Notes under the pieces: generated by a model
What the model was told of the DNA's origin: nothing
The model's database searches: none
Seen by the model: only the letters and a program-made list of their open reading frames with translations
Made by a program: the position numbers and the translations under genes
In this document: in pieces, positions 28,052 through 38,808 of the stretch
Layout: every line of letters begins with the position of its first letter
Position numbering within the stretch: position 1 is the stretch's first letter
From: Sedimentisphaerales bacterium
GTDB taxonomy: Bacteria > Planctomycetota > Phycisphaerae > Sedimentisphaerales > SM23-30
DNA length: 64,000 nucleotides
NCBI GenBank assembly: GCA_028281535.1
Contig: JANQJS010000022.1
Coordinates: 127,004-191,003, forward strand
Direction: 5' to 3'

Positions 28052-29917
28052 TTATTTTTCAAAGTATCCCGGTAGCAATCGAAGTGACTCATCAAACGAA
28101 GAAGCCAAACCACGATTTTCTTGGTAAATATCTAACCTATTTTGGACATCAGATTCATATTTTTTGAATAAATCATTAGATTGCACAATACCTAAAGCCT
28201 TCTGCTGATTTTCGACAGCCACATCATACTTCTCAACAGCCGCATTCAAGACAGCAAGCGATTCATATGCCATTAATTTTTCAGAATCGGTTTGAGCTTG
28301 TTTCAGTGCACTGTCGGCAATATTAAACATCCCTTCAACCCGTTTTTCACTGGTGACTTTTGTATAATTTAATGAGATCGCCCACACCATCATTAATTTA
28401 GTTTTCAGGTGTTGCTTATCCTTATGATAAGCCAGTTGTAAATTTTGAATCATTGCAGACAACTGCTTATTCTCATAATTTTTTCTAGCCTCCAAATACA
28501 ACTCTTCAGACTGGATATCTTTAAACCCAATATTAGGTTGCACATTCAATGCCTTCTCTAAGGTAACAAATAGATAATCTGCTTTGGGAGGAACCCCATC
28601 TAAGACTTGACCGGGCAAGATAATTTTAGGCACCCCCTTTTTACCAATAATCTTATAGATCGCTATGCCATGATTAATATATTGCTTATACTGAGAATCT
28701 GACATCGCTTGATCATAATCATTTCCAAGAAGTTTCTTAACATATTTAGTAACCTGTTGAAATTTAGGAAATGGTTTATTATTTGCCGCATACTTATCAT
28801 ATTTTACAAATTGCTCTGGGGCATGGTTCCAAATTGAAATAGCATATTGTGCTAGATCGCATGCATCTTCATGTTTGGCTGATGTTTTCTTGACTAATGG
28901 ATTACAATCTTGATCTAAAGGAAAAGGAAAAAGTGCAAAAGCGATTTGACCTCGATAACGCCTTTCAATATCTAAAACATATGCATGCATCATTCTGCAT
29001 TTGTAACAGGTGTAATCGAATAGTAAGCCAAGTATATATGTAGAATCAGGTTCACCTAACAAAATAACATCATCTGGTGTAAATCGAATTCGACCACCAT
29101 ACAAATTAATAATCCGCGGCTTCTTAGTCTCCTCTATAGGTTTTACGATGGGTTTATCTTCTGATTTAACTTCGGTTTCATTCAAATGTTTATTGTCCAG
29201 CTCTATAACATTTTCATTGACGGGTTGCTTAACATCAGGATCATCTGGTTTTGTTTCAATAGATTTTTCAGAAGGTGGATTGTTACTCTTTTCATCCGAA
29301 GTTAAATCAATTGACCCGGTAGTTTTATTTTCATCAAATGCAATCTCATTTATATGTTGAACAGGTGGTTTTACTAAAATTTGTCCACCAATAAGAACGG
29401 CAAGGCCGATCACAGCAGGGATCAATGGTTTAATCATAGACACTTTTAGTTGGTCGCCATGATCTCTACGGATTAAATCTGATGCTAACAAAATTAATAG
29501 CAGCAAGACACCGCAACAATGGACGCCCAGACAATAGAGGCAATACCCATCCAACTTCAATGCTTGTAATCCAAGAAACCATAGCCCTGCTCCCACGGCC
29601 AAATAAATCGCCATGGCATACAAACTAAATGCCATCTTCCGCAACTTTAATGAGATGATTGGCCGCATCATTAAGAGTGATATAAATATCAGTCCATAAT
29701 TCACTATGCCAAATGCGCTCACTGGAATATTTATCCATTTGGACCAACGACTCGCAAGAATCTCATCACAGTCAAAACTGGAGGTTTCATCACACCCCGC
29801 TAGTGAGGCGCCTGCCAATGTAGCTAATAATAAATAAATAGAAAGGCCAACAGCGATCAATGTAACAAGGCAAAGAATAACAAAGAGAGGATTCCGGGTT
29901 AATCGGTCCAAAAGCAT
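28052..29917 (-). CDS. VKOR domain fused to a DsbA-like thioredoxin domain and a C-terminal helical (TPR-like) region
   Basis: VKOR loop cysteines 'GCDETSSFDC' and 'YCLYC' CxxC. Thioredoxin 'DYTCYKC' and cis-Pro 'GVP'. Confidence 0.8.
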   Translation of the reverse strand: MLLDRLTRNPLFVILCLVTLIAVGLSIYLLLATLAGASLAGCDETSSFDCDEILASRWSKWINIPVSAFGIVNYGLIFISLLMMRPIISLKLRKMAFSLYAMAIYLAVGAGLWFLGLQALKLDGYCLYCLGVHCCGVLLLLILLASDLIRRDHGDQLKVSMIKPLIPAVIGLAVLIGGQILVKPPVQHINEIAFDENKTTGSIDLTSDEKSNNPPSEKSIETKPDDPDVKQPVNENVIELDNKHLNETEVKSEDKPIVKPIEETKKPRIINLYGGRIRFTPDDVILLGEPDSTYILGLLFDYTCYKCRMMHAYVLDIERRYRGQIAFALFPFPLDQDCNPLVKKTSAKHEDACDLAQYAISIWNHAPEQFVKYDKYAANNKPFPKFQQVTKYVKKLLGNDYDQAMSDSQYKQYINHGIAIYKIIGKKGVPKIILPGQVLDGVPPKADYLFVTLEKALNVQPNIGFKDIQSEELYLEARKNYENKQLSAMIQNLQLAYHKDKQHLKTKLMMVWAISLNYTKVTSEKRVEGMFNIADSALKQAQTDSEKLMAYESLAVLNAAVEKYDVAVENQQKALGIVQSNDLFKKYESDVQNRLDIYQENRGLASSFDESLRLLPGYFEK

Positions 29918-30148
29918 AAAAAGATGTCCTATTTTTAATAAGAATATGATTTAATGATTATTATAACATTTTTGAGTCGTTTTTCAAATACTAAGAAATT
30001 TACAGTACGATTCAATTTCACTCATGAAACTTTACTATAATGTCGTAAAAAAGAGTGGACGATCCATAACAAATTGTTCGCTATATTAAAATCTTTGGAT
30101 ATAATGCAATGGTCAAGGATTTCATAACTCAATTACATTAAAAATCGC

Positions 30149-31411
30149 ATGAAAATAAAACTTAATTATGGTCAAAATGGCTTAGAGGTAGATCTACCAA
30201 GTGACAATGTCACTTTGATCATGAATGAACCTCTCAAGGGCCTCGAAAATGAGCAGGCATCCTTTGTTCAATCGCTGGATTCACCTATCCAGTCCAAACC
30301 GCTCAAAGAATTAATATCCCCCACTGATAAAATTGCGATCGTGATACCAGATATAACACGACCTTTTCCTTTTGAGAAAATTTTGACCTGGCTTTTTGAC
30401 TATCTCAGTGAAATTCCCAGCCAGAATTTTGTCATTATTAATGGCACTGGCACCCATCGAGCCAATACCGACCAGGAATTGATCCAAATGGTTGGAAAAA
30501 AAATATTCAACCAATATCGAATCATCAACCACCTGTGCCAGGATGATTCGACCATGAGTCTGGTTGGCAAAGCCCCCGAAGGCCATGATGTTTATTTTAA
30601 CAGTGACTATGTCAATGCAGACAAGCGACTGGTACTGGGATTTATTGAACCACATATTGTCGCTGGCTTTTCAGGAGGCTACAAAGGTGTTTTTCCAGGT
30701 ATTGCCGATTTAAATTCCATTGGCCAATACCATCGTCCTGTGATTCTTGCTGATCCGAATAGCAAATATGGGGAAATGACTCATAATCCCACACAAAACA
30801 TTTTACAACATAATGGTGCATTAGTTCCTGTGACTTTTTTAATTAACCTAACCCTAAATCATAATAGAGAAATCACTAACTACTTTTGTGGCGATTGTCT
30901 AACAGCTCATTTACAAGGCTGTGATTTTGTCAAAAACCATTGCATGTTTAAATGTGAGCATTCTTTTCCCATTGTCATTACGACGAATAATGGCTACCCG
31001 CTCGATCAAAATCTTTACCAATGTGCTAAAGGGCTTTATGCAGCGAAAATGATTGTTAAGCAAAATGGCCTCATCATCACCGCGGCTCAGTGCAACGATG
31101 GCTTTGGCAACAATACCTTTAAAGAATTGCTTTTTAGCCATGATAGCCCTGAATCATTGATGAAAACACTCTATGAACGCGAAAAAATTGAATGTGGGCA
31201 ATGGGTCGGCCAGCACTTTGGTATTGTCCACGAAAAAGCCAGAGTCGCCCTCTATTCAGACATTGATGCCCAGCAAGCCTCCAAAGCCTATTTTGAGCCA
31301 ATCAGTGATATCGCTCAGCGCGTTCAACAGGAACTTGAACACGTCGGCAAAGATAGCCCTATTGCTGTGCTTCCTGAAGGTTTTATGACCATTCCTTATA
31401 TCGCAAATTAG
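30149..31411 (+). CDS. larA: Nickel-pincer-dependent lactate racemase family protein (LarA homolog)
   Basis: 'PDITRP', 'GTHR', 'EPHIVAGFSGGYK..PG', 'GYPLDQNLYQ..K' motifs. Confidence 0.8.
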   Translation: MKIKLNYGQNGLEVDLPSDNVTLIMNEPLKGLENEQASFVQSLDSPIQSKPLKELISPTDKIAIVIPDITRPFPFEKILTWLFDYLSEIPSQNFVIINGTGTHRANTDQELIQMVGKKIFNQYRIINHLCQDDSTMSLVGKAPEGHDVYFNSDYVNADKRLVLGFIEPHIVAGFSGGYKGVFPGIADLNSIGQYHRPVILADPNSKYGEMTHNPTQNILQHNGALVPVTFLINLTLNHNREITNYFCGDCLTAHLQGCDFVKNHCMFKCEHSFPIVITTNNGYPLDQNLYQCAKGLYAAKMIVKQNGLIITAAQCNDGFGNNTFKELLFSHDSPESLMKTLYEREKIECGQWVGQHFGIVHEKARVALYSDIDAQQASKAYFEPISDIAQRVQQELEHVGKDSPIAVLPEGFMTIPYIAN

Positions 31412-31510
31412 AAATTTTCACTGGATTTTTGCGATAAATCTCCTAATATCAGTCTTGCGAAATGCTTTTATTTCTATGTATGGATGCATGATATTAGGTA
31501 GGAGCCTAGA

Positions 31511-33133
31511 TTGACACGTCACTGTCCCATTCTATTTTTATTGACGATTGTTCTATGCCAACAGCTTGTTCGTGGCCAGGAGAATCACTCAGATTATTTA
31601 ACCAATAAAATCAAACCAACGATAGCAACGGTCATCGCATTAGATTCAAACAATGAGCCCATTAACCGATGTTATGGTTTTTTTATTAACTCACAGGGAT
31701 ATCTGGTCACAAACTACCAGAGCATAAAAAATGCTCATGCATTATCCATCGTCACAAGCAACGGAATTTATCCTACAATCAGCATCTTGAATGACTACAA
31801 AGCCGCCGACATGGCGCTTTTACTCGTCGATATCCCAGAAGAAGAGTGCAATTATCTTGCGATAAACAACGACACCGTCCGCCCAAATACGACCTACTAT
31901 TATTACAACAGTCTGAACAATACATTACAAAAAGGCGTACTGGGAAAAATACATTTACAAGATGACTATGTCAGCAAATTTCATATTTTGCAGACATGGG
32001 ATAAGAATGTTACAGGATTGCCAGTACTTAATATCATCGGTCAGGTGATTGGAGTAATAAACCAAAGTAATGTTGAAACCATCAATCATTCGTATGCTGT
32101 AACAGCTAACCAGATTCCACAAGACATATCTGAGGAAGGCGTTAAAACATTGTATGAATGGAATCTAAATGGGTTCACTCAGATAGCTCCGCCCCCAAAA
32201 CCAGACACGTCATTTGATGACGGGCTTAATGCAGTCATGAGTCAGGATTACAAAAAAGCCATCGAACACTTTGAGCAAGTCGTTCACGACAATAAAGATC
32301 ACGCAGAAGGATGGTACTATCTGGGCTACTGCTACAAACAAATGCTTGAAGTGAATGAATTGATGGAAGCAGGTATGGCAGATAGCTTTTCTATGTTGGC
32401 TCTGGCAAAGCCCAAAAAACGTAAAACTGCGATGGCTCAAACATTTCAACAACACATCTACCAACAGGCAATCATGGCATTAGAAAAGGCGATAGCCCTC
32501 AAGCCAAATTATATTGATGCATTAAAACTCTCGGCTGAAATTTATATCCAAATGGATTTGCCTCAGCAGGCCTATGAAAACTACCAGGATGTACTCTATT
32601 TTGACAAGAAGGATATGCAAGCCCGAAGATTCATCGAGCAAATGGAAGATCGTCCAAAATCAGGCCTTTCACAACCAGCGGTAAACCAGCTTCAATCCAG
32701 CCAGAACTTTCTTGCTATGGGATTATCTGAAAAAGCATTAAAAAACTATGACTCGTTGATTCGAAAAGATTCTAAGAATACCACAGCCATATACAATTAC
32801 GGAGCGATGCATTTCAATATGGGGCGATATCAGTATTCCGTAAAAGCATTCGAGGAACTCTTAAAAATTGATCCGCACCATGTAAAAGCAAATTACTATC
32901 TAGGGCTTTCCTACTATTGTCATGGCGAATTCGGTAAAGCAACCCAAGCATTCAAAAACACCCTGAAACTACAATCAAACCATCATCATGCCAGATATTA
33001 TTTAGGCTTGAGCTACCTCATCCTCAATGATTATCATGCCTCGATTGCGGAGTACAAACAACTCTACAAACTCAATGAAGAACTGGGTATTGAACTATTT
33101 AACTTCATCATCCAATATGAATCAAAAAGTTGA
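31511..33133 (+). CDS. Secreted protein with degenerate trypsin-like (Trypsin_2) domain and TPR repeats
   Basis: Signal peptide, 'GFFINSQGYLVTNY', 'DMALL', 'TGLPVLNIIGQVIGV', followed by multiple TPR motifs ('WYYLGYCY', 'YYLGLSY'). Confidence 0.7.
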   Translation: MTRHCPILFLLTIVLCQQLVRGQENHSDYLTNKIKPTIATVIALDSNNEPINRCYGFFINSQGYLVTNYQSIKNAHALSIVTSNGIYPTISILNDYKAADMALLLVDIPEEECNYLAINNDTVRPNTTYYYYNSLNNTLQKGVLGKIHLQDDYVSKFHILQTWDKNVTGLPVLNIIGQVIGVINQSNVETINHSYAVTANQIPQDISEEGVKTLYEWNLNGFTQIAPPPKPDTSFDDGLNAVMSQDYKKAIEHFEQVVHDNKDHAEGWYYLGYCYKQMLEVNELMEAGMADSFSMLALAKPKKRKTAMAQTFQQHIYQQAIMALEKAIALKPNYIDALKLSAEIYIQMDLPQQAYENYQDVLYFDKKDMQARRFIEQMEDRPKSGLSQPAVNQLQSSQNFLAMGLSEKALKNYDSLIRKDSKNTTAIYNYGAMHFNMGRYQYSVKAFEELLKIDPHHVKANYYLGLSYYCHGEFGKATQAFKNTLKLQSNHHHARYYLGLSYLILNDYHASIAEYKQLYKLNEELGIELFNFIIQYESKS

Positions 33134-33140
33134 CCTGTTC

Positions 33141-33563
33141 TTAATGATCGAATCGAACAGGCTTGCGATTGGATTTGAGTTTACTGCGATGGATTTTATC
33201 ATCTTTACGTTTTTGCTTTGAGGCTTTGGAAGGCTTTGTCGCAATACGAGCTTTTGGCTTAATGAGCGACTTTCTAACCATAAGTTTAAGTCGATTGAGA
33301 ACTTCGTCTCGATTACGAATTTGCTGGCGATGGCGGTCCGATTCAAGAATCAACTTTCCCTCCTGAGTCATTCGTGTACCAGCCAGTACAATCAAACGCT
33401 TTTTAGCAACCGCAGGAATATCGTAGCAACTGATTAAATCAAAGGTTAATTGCGCACGAGTATTGACCTTATTCACATTCTGGCCACCCGGACCACGGGA
33501 TCGAACAAATCGAATCTGAATCAGCGAATCAGGGATAGAAATTTTCTCATTTACGACCAACAT
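33141..33563 (-). CDS. arfB: Alternative ribosome rescue aminoacyl-tRNA hydrolase ArfB
   Basis: 'RSRGPGGQNVNKV' GGQ motif, basic C-terminal tail 'TKPSKASKQKR..K..RSKLK'. Confidence 0.9.
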   Translation of the reverse strand: MLVVNEKISIPDSLIQIRFVRSRGPGGQNVNKVNTRAQLTFDLISCYDIPAVAKKRLIVLAGTRMTQEGKLILESDRHRQQIRNRDEVLNRLKLMVRKSLIKPKARIATKPSKASKQKRKDDKIHRSKLKSNRKPVRFDH

Positions 33564-33669
33564 ACAGGGGTTATAACGGAAAATCTCAAAAAATCAAGCA
33601 TCCTTTACCCCACTCAGCATCAATCAATGGTATGTCACAGCATGCCTGAACTGCAAAACCAATGTATGA

Positions 33670-34482
33670 TTAAGCTACAATGGGTTTGAGCTTTTGTTCG
33701 ATGTAGACGCCATCTTGCATAGTGATGCCATCAGGATCGGGAATCGCGGCGTCGCATTCATCTTCGACGATGATCCAGCCGGAATAATCAGTGTCTGCTA
33801 AAAATTGGGTGATACCAATAAAATCAATAGAACCTTCTCCCATTGCAGCCCACGTACCATCGGTGTTCATGTCTTTGTAATGCACATGATTGATGAGATC
33901 ACGAAATTCTTTCATCATGCCCAAAGGATCCATACCTCCTTTGGCTATATGACCCACATCAGGGATCCAGCCAAGTTCTGGACCCAAACCATTTAAGAGC
34001 ACCCCATAATCTTCTGCTGTGCGAAAAATAGAACTGGCAGGAGAATTGGGATGATAACCACATTTGAGTCCCTGATCTGTTGCACGTTTAGCAATCTCGT
34101 TGGCACAACTGAGCAGGTTATCCTGTTTTTGCTCAAGATGATCTCGACTTTCGCCAGGCATCTGACAGAGAGCCAACATCGTTTCAGGGAATTCTTTTAG
34201 AAACTCAATGGTCTTATCTGCATTGGCTTTTTCCTGTTCGGTTTCTTGAGGATTTAGCCAATCTTCCACCAAACAAACGGCGGCGAATTCAATATCATTA
34301 TTGTTCAGTTCTGCGGCCATGACTTGTGGATCGTAAAGCTCACCCAAAAACTGAACTTCTGGTTCAACGCCCGCAAAGCCAGCTTTATTGGCAATACCCA
34401 TAATGTGAGGTAATTTTCCAATATATTTTTCGCCTGACATTTGCCAGGTATAAGTTTGACAGCCAATTTGAATCTGAGCCAT
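33670..34482 (-). CDS. Sugar phosphate isomerase/epimerase TIM barrel (IolE-like)
   Basis: 'AGFAGVE', 'YHPN', 'DVGH', 'HVHYKD', 'YSGWIIVE'. Confidence 0.8.
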   Translation of the reverse strand: MAQIQIGCQTYTWQMSGEKYIGKLPHIMGIANKAGFAGVEPEVQFLGELYDPQVMAAELNNNDIEFAAVCLVEDWLNPQETEQEKANADKTIEFLKEFPETMLALCQMPGESRDHLEQKQDNLLSCANEIAKRATDQGLKCGYHPNSPASSIFRTAEDYGVLLNGLGPELGWIPDVGHIAKGGMDPLGMMKEFRDLINHVHYKDMNTDGTWAAMGEGSIDFIGITQFLADTDYSGWIIVEDECDAAIPDPDGITMQDGVYIEQKLKPIVA

Positions 34483-34502
34483 GGTTTCCTCCTTATTGCC
34501 GC

Positions 34503-35303
34503 CTAGTGTTTTTGCATAAAGGCGGATGTTTTACTATTAAAGGTCATTAAATCTTCCCAATGATGGGCATGCCCGCAGCCTTCCAGGACCAGCATTTCAG
34601 AACCGGTAATATTATCGTGAAGGTACTGAGAAAAATTAAATGGTGTAAAGATATCCTTATCGCCAATGGTAATCAGCGTGGGTACTTTGATTTCACTCAA
34701 ACGAGCGGTGGTATCATGACCGATGCACGCATCGCATTGAGCAGAAAATGAATGGTCCGGCATCATATCCGCGGCGTTCGCCTGACCTTCTTCCTGGCCT
34801 TCAGCTAAATCATCATAATGTTTTTCATAATGATCCGCGGCAAAGATCCATAACTGAATCAATTTCAGAAAATCACGCATCTCTACTTTGGGACGCACAT
34901 CACGAAAATGATCAAACACAATCTGTGCATATTTATCACACTTAGCCCAGGTACTCACCAACACCAAGCTGCGTACTTTTTCTGGATGATTAAGAGCCAG
35001 CATCTGACCAATTGCTCCGCCCATCGATATACCATTAATATGAGCTTTCTCGATATTCAACGCATCCATCAAACCAGCAACATCATTGGCCATCATTTCA
35101 GTGGTATAAGGACCATCAGGTTTATCGGATTGTCCGGCACCGCGATTATCCATAAGAATACAGCGAAAATGTTTTTCATAGGCTTTGACATGATCTTCCC
35201 AAAGAGAACCATCTGCCCCCAGCCCCATGATTAAAATCAACGGATCGCCCTGCCCTCGCTCTTCATAATGAATTTTTATTCCATTGGCCGTTACATCAGG
35301 CAT
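34503..35303 (-). CDS. Alpha/beta hydrolase (enol-lactonase-like)
   Basis: 'DNRGAGQS', nucleophile elbow GISMGG, 'GDKDIFTP', 'CGHAHH'. Confidence 0.85.
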   Translation of the reverse strand: MPDVTANGIKIHYEERGQGDPLILIMGLGADGSLWEDHVKAYEKHFRCILMDNRGAGQSDKPDGPYTTEMMANDVAGLMDALNIEKAHINGISMGGAIGQMLALNHPEKVRSLVLVSTWAKCDKYAQIVFDHFRDVRPKVEMRDFLKLIQLWIFAADHYEKHYDDLAEGQEEGQANAADMMPDHSFSAQCDACIGHDTTARLSEIKVPTLITIGDKDIFTPFNFSQYLHDNITGSEMLVLEGCGHAHHWEDLMTFNSKTSAFMQKH

Positions 35304-35305
35304 GA

Positions 35306-36211
35306 TTAACCTCCAGCTTTTTCACTTAAAATATTTTTGATAAAAGGCACAGCATGTTTGGCATCTTTATCGGTGGTTGGACAGAAACAAAAATCAACCG
35401 TCCACCATTCGAGCCCTTCAAGATGAGGCTGCAAGGCGGACAAGACTTCTTTGAAATCAATATGACCTGTACCAAACGGTGCATGCGTACTTGTTTCATC
35501 ATCATGTAATGTGCCATCTGAATCAATTAGATGAAAGTGGCCAATTTGACCTTTGAGTAAATCGGCTAATGCAATCACACCGCCATCCAATAATTCTTTA
35601 TCTTTCGTTTGGCGAGCACCTATGACGGCCACCATATAGGCGTGGCTGGTATCAAAGAGTGCAGTAAAATTTGAATGATTGGTTTCATCTATCGCACGCT
35701 TAATTTCACTGGGACTATTGAGCCAAAAACCTGGTTCAAATTCCCAAACGAGTTTTACGCCAGATTTTTGACAAACATCTGCTGCAGCTCTCCAATTATC
35801 TGTTAGCAGCTGCAAACGTTTTTCATATTCATCAGGTGCATGTTTGTCTGGCGGACTAATCGTATCGACTCGCAAAATGGAAATATCCATATTATTGCAA
35901 AACTTCAGGCACTTATCTACTTCAGCTAGAAACTTTGCCTGATCGACTTCAGCTGGCGGCACATCACGAAAATCAGGTGCATAGCCAGAAATACCAAGCC
36001 CGAGATCAGCAATTTCTTTTTTCAATTCATTGCACTTTTCAGGTGTATCATAATCCTCAGGATGAGGGTGCGGCTTAAAGCCATTGATTTCTACGCCATC
36101 ATAACCCGCATCGGCGGTGTATTTAATGAGCTTGGAAAAGGACCAGGGATCGCTTTCGAATGGACCAAACGAAAAGGCCCAGCTTCCCAAAGATATTTTA
36201 GGATCTGCCAT
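35306..36211 (-). CDS. Sugar phosphate isomerase/epimerase TIM barrel
   Basis: 'GYDGVE', 'WEFEP', 'DTSH', 'HFHLID'. Confidence 0.8.
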   Translation of the reverse strand: MADPKISLGSWAFSFGPFESDPWSFSKLIKYTADAGYDGVEINGFKPHPHPEDYDTPEKCNELKKEIADLGLGISGYAPDFRDVPPAEVDQAKFLAEVDKCLKFCNNMDISILRVDTISPPDKHAPDEYEKRLQLLTDNWRAAADVCQKSGVKLVWEFEPGFWLNSPSEIKRAIDETNHSNFTALFDTSHAYMVAVIGARQTKDKELLDGGVIALADLLKGQIGHFHLIDSDGTLHDDETSTHAPFGTGHIDFKEVLSALQPHLEGLEWWTVDFCFCPTTDKDAKHAVPFIKNILSEKAGG

Positions 36212-36244
36212 GAGAGTATTTCCTTTTGTTGAATGAAAAACGGT

Positions 36245-37087
36245 TTAGGAGTTCGCCCACATCTTTTTAATGAAAGCCAATCCTTCAGTTAATACTTCAT
36301 CGGGTGGTGAAGGTTCGCGCCAAACGCTAATTGCTGAGGCAAATTCTGGAATAGCCAGTGAAAAAGCTTCCAACGTCAACCAACCATCATAGCCAATCGA
36401 TTTTATCGCAGAAAAACTTTCCTGCCAATTGACCTGGCCAAGCCCTGGGGTGCCCCGATCGCTTTCACTAATGTGAACATGAGCAATTTCATTCGCACAT
36501 TTTTTTACAGTGTCTGTAATATTTTTTTCTTCAATATGGCTGTGATGCGTATCATACATCATCTTGCAATTGGGATGATCGACCGCTTTGACCAAAGCCT
36601 GAGCATCAGCTGCCGTTGAAAGAAAATAACTTTCAAATCGATTGAGGAATTCAGGAGTTAAAGTGACCCCCACGGTTTGAGCATGCTCTGCCACTTGATT
36701 CAATGTATCTGCACACCATTTTCGCTCATCCGCTGTTGGAGGTGCCCCAGTAAATGAACCGTACGCCGAGTGAATTGGTCCACCTAAAATCTGGCTACCT
36801 AATGTCGCTGTAATATCGACAATGGATTTCAAATGATCGACTGCTGCATTGCGAATAGCCGCATCTGGGCTCACAGGATTGGCTTCTGGTGGCGGTGAAG
36901 TAATACAAGTACAATCGAGTCCAAGTTGCTGAATTTCCTTTGCGATAGGTTCGTAATGCGCCAGATCACCTTGTCCTAAAGGAAATTCAATACCATCATA
37001 TCCAATATCTTTAATTTGTTTCAGCAAACCATAATGGTCTGCTGAAACAAAGTCTGTCCATAATAATAAATTAATACCAATTTTCAT
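36245..37087 (-). CDS. D-psicose/D-tagatose 3-epimerase family protein
   Basis: 'GYDGIE', 'EFLNRFE', 'YDTHH', 'HVHISESDRGTPG', 'YDGWLTLE'. Confidence 0.85.
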   Translation of the reverse strand: MKIGINLLLWTDFVSADHYGLLKQIKDIGYDGIEFPLGQGDLAHYEPIAKEIQQLGLDCTCITSPPPEANPVSPDAAIRNAAVDHLKSIVDITATLGSQILGGPIHSAYGSFTGAPPTADERKWCADTLNQVAEHAQTVGVTLTPEFLNRFESYFLSTAADAQALVKAVDHPNCKMMYDTHHSHIEEKNITDTVKKCANEIAHVHISESDRGTPGLGQVNWQESFSAIKSIGYDGWLTLEAFSLAIPEFASAISVWREPSPPDEVLTEGLAFIKKMWANS

Positions 37088-37104
37088 AAATAAATTCCAC
37101 GGTA

Positions 37105-38688
37105 TTAGTGGCCAGCACTACCGATATCTACCGGCTTATAGCCACCTCGAGATTTAAAGTAAAGAATCATCAAAATATAACCAACCAACATAACAATCGG
37201 GAAGATCGCTACCTGGTATAATGCGTTTTTCTTTGCACCATCCTGAACACCTTTGATAACAGCTTTATCATCATCGCTTGCTGCAGCCAGCTTATCGTTA
37301 TCAATCGGTTGGTATTTACCAAAGACACTTAATTTCTCTTCACCAATCACCTGCGCATGGATGGCTGGGTTTGCCTTGAGTAATTCCTTATCGATGGTTT
37401 TGTCTTGCAAATTACCCAGCAATGGACCACCCACAATTCCAGCTCCAAGCATACCTACACCGGCAATGGCATTCAATGTTAAGGCTCCACCCTTTGGAAA
37501 TTGCTCAGAAACAACCCCCAGCATCGTCGGCCAGAAAAAGGTCTTACCGATACCATAAAGTGTCGCTGCAATAAGAATGGCCATACCTGCTGCTTTTGAC
37601 AAGAAGACCAGGCCGACAGCTGCTAATATACTACAAACAACTAATAAACCTAATGGCGATAACTTATGGACAATGGGACCGGCATAGAACCTCAATACCA
37701 TCATAATGAATGAGGTGTAGACCAATACCCAACCGGCTTGTAGGCCTAGTTTCTTCATTTCAGGTTCCATCAAAGCGGTAATCCAACTATCCACACCTAA
37801 TTCTGTCGTCGCCAGTGGAATCATAATCAATAGCAATAGAATAAACATGGGACGGCCTAAAGATTTTACATACAGCCCATATCCAACAACCAACACAGCT
37901 CCAATAATTATCTGGGCAGTGTTTGACCAAGCAAAGACACGGCCAATTTCTCGTACAACTAAGAAGACAACAATTAAAGCACCAATGGCACCAGCTTCTT
38001 TTAACATATCTAGGTAAGAAACCCCAGCTGCTACACGCTCATTAACAGGAAACTTACATTTTAGCATCATAAGCCCATAAGCAATCGCAGGAATGAAAAT
38101 CAAAGCAACTTTATACTGCCAGTGAACTTCAGCGCCTAAAAAGAGTGCTAAAATACCTGCTAATACCAAACCACCAGGCCAACCGGCATGGAGTATATTG
38201 AGCCATTTTGTTTTGTCTTTGGAAAATAAGGTTGCAACGACAGGGTTAATCACAGCCTCAACCGTTCCATTTCCTAACGCAAAAATAAAGTTTCCGAAAT
38301 AAAGCATCCAGTAGCCTTTACTTTGCCCCGCAGCAACAGCTTCAGCACTCGCCCCTTCAGGTGCAAGTACCATCGGAGCACATATCGTAATAATGGCATA
38401 AGCTATGTGACTAAAAAAAGCAAAAACCATAGCGCGACCATATCCAACTTTATCAATCACCAAGCTGAATAAAATAATACTGATCGCAAACGGCCATAAG
38501 CCAACACCAAAAATCTCACCCTTTTGTGTTTCATTCAAATTAAACTGAATCGCCCACTCATCGATCACCTGTATCCTAACAATAAATCCGAATGCCGTTG
38601 CGATCAGTGAAATAAAACAGGCCCAAAACAAAAATTTATTTTGAGCAGACCCATTGTCAGTTGCCGCTTGATTTGCATCAGTACTCAT
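37105..38688 (-). CDS. MFS transporter (probable sugar)
   Basis: ~12 TMs, 'DKVGYGR', 'GNGTVEAVINP', 'HAGWPGG', 'FFWPTMLG'. Confidence 0.85.
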   Translation of the reverse strand: MSTDANQAATDNGSAQNKFLFWACFISLIATAFGFIVRIQVIDEWAIQFNLNETQKGEIFGVGLWPFAISIILFSLVIDKVGYGRAMVFAFFSHIAYAIITICAPMVLAPEGASAEAVAAGQSKGYWMLYFGNFIFALGNGTVEAVINPVVATLFSKDKTKWLNILHAGWPGGLVLAGILALFLGAEVHWQYKVALIFIPAIAYGLMMLKCKFPVNERVAAGVSYLDMLKEAGAIGALIVVFLVVREIGRVFAWSNTAQIIIGAVLVVGYGLYVKSLGRPMFILLLLIMIPLATTELGVDSWITALMEPEMKKLGLQAGWVLVYTSFIMMVLRFYAGPIVHKLSPLGLLVVCSILAAVGLVFLSKAAGMAILIAATLYGIGKTFFWPTMLGVVSEQFPKGGALTLNAIAGVGMLGAGIVGGPLLGNLQDKTIDKELLKANPAIHAQVIGEEKLSVFGKYQPIDNDKLAAASDDDKAVIKGVQDGAKKNALYQVAIFPIVMLVGYILMILYFKSRGGYKPVDIGSAGH

Positions 38689-38808
38689 AACCTTACTACT
38701 CCTGCATGTTAAAGATATGTAACCAGAATCCCATAATACAATTATGAATTGTGGTCGTAGCTTAACCCTTCTATCAAGCTACCAGTTAACACAATAAAAA
38801 TTTCACAA

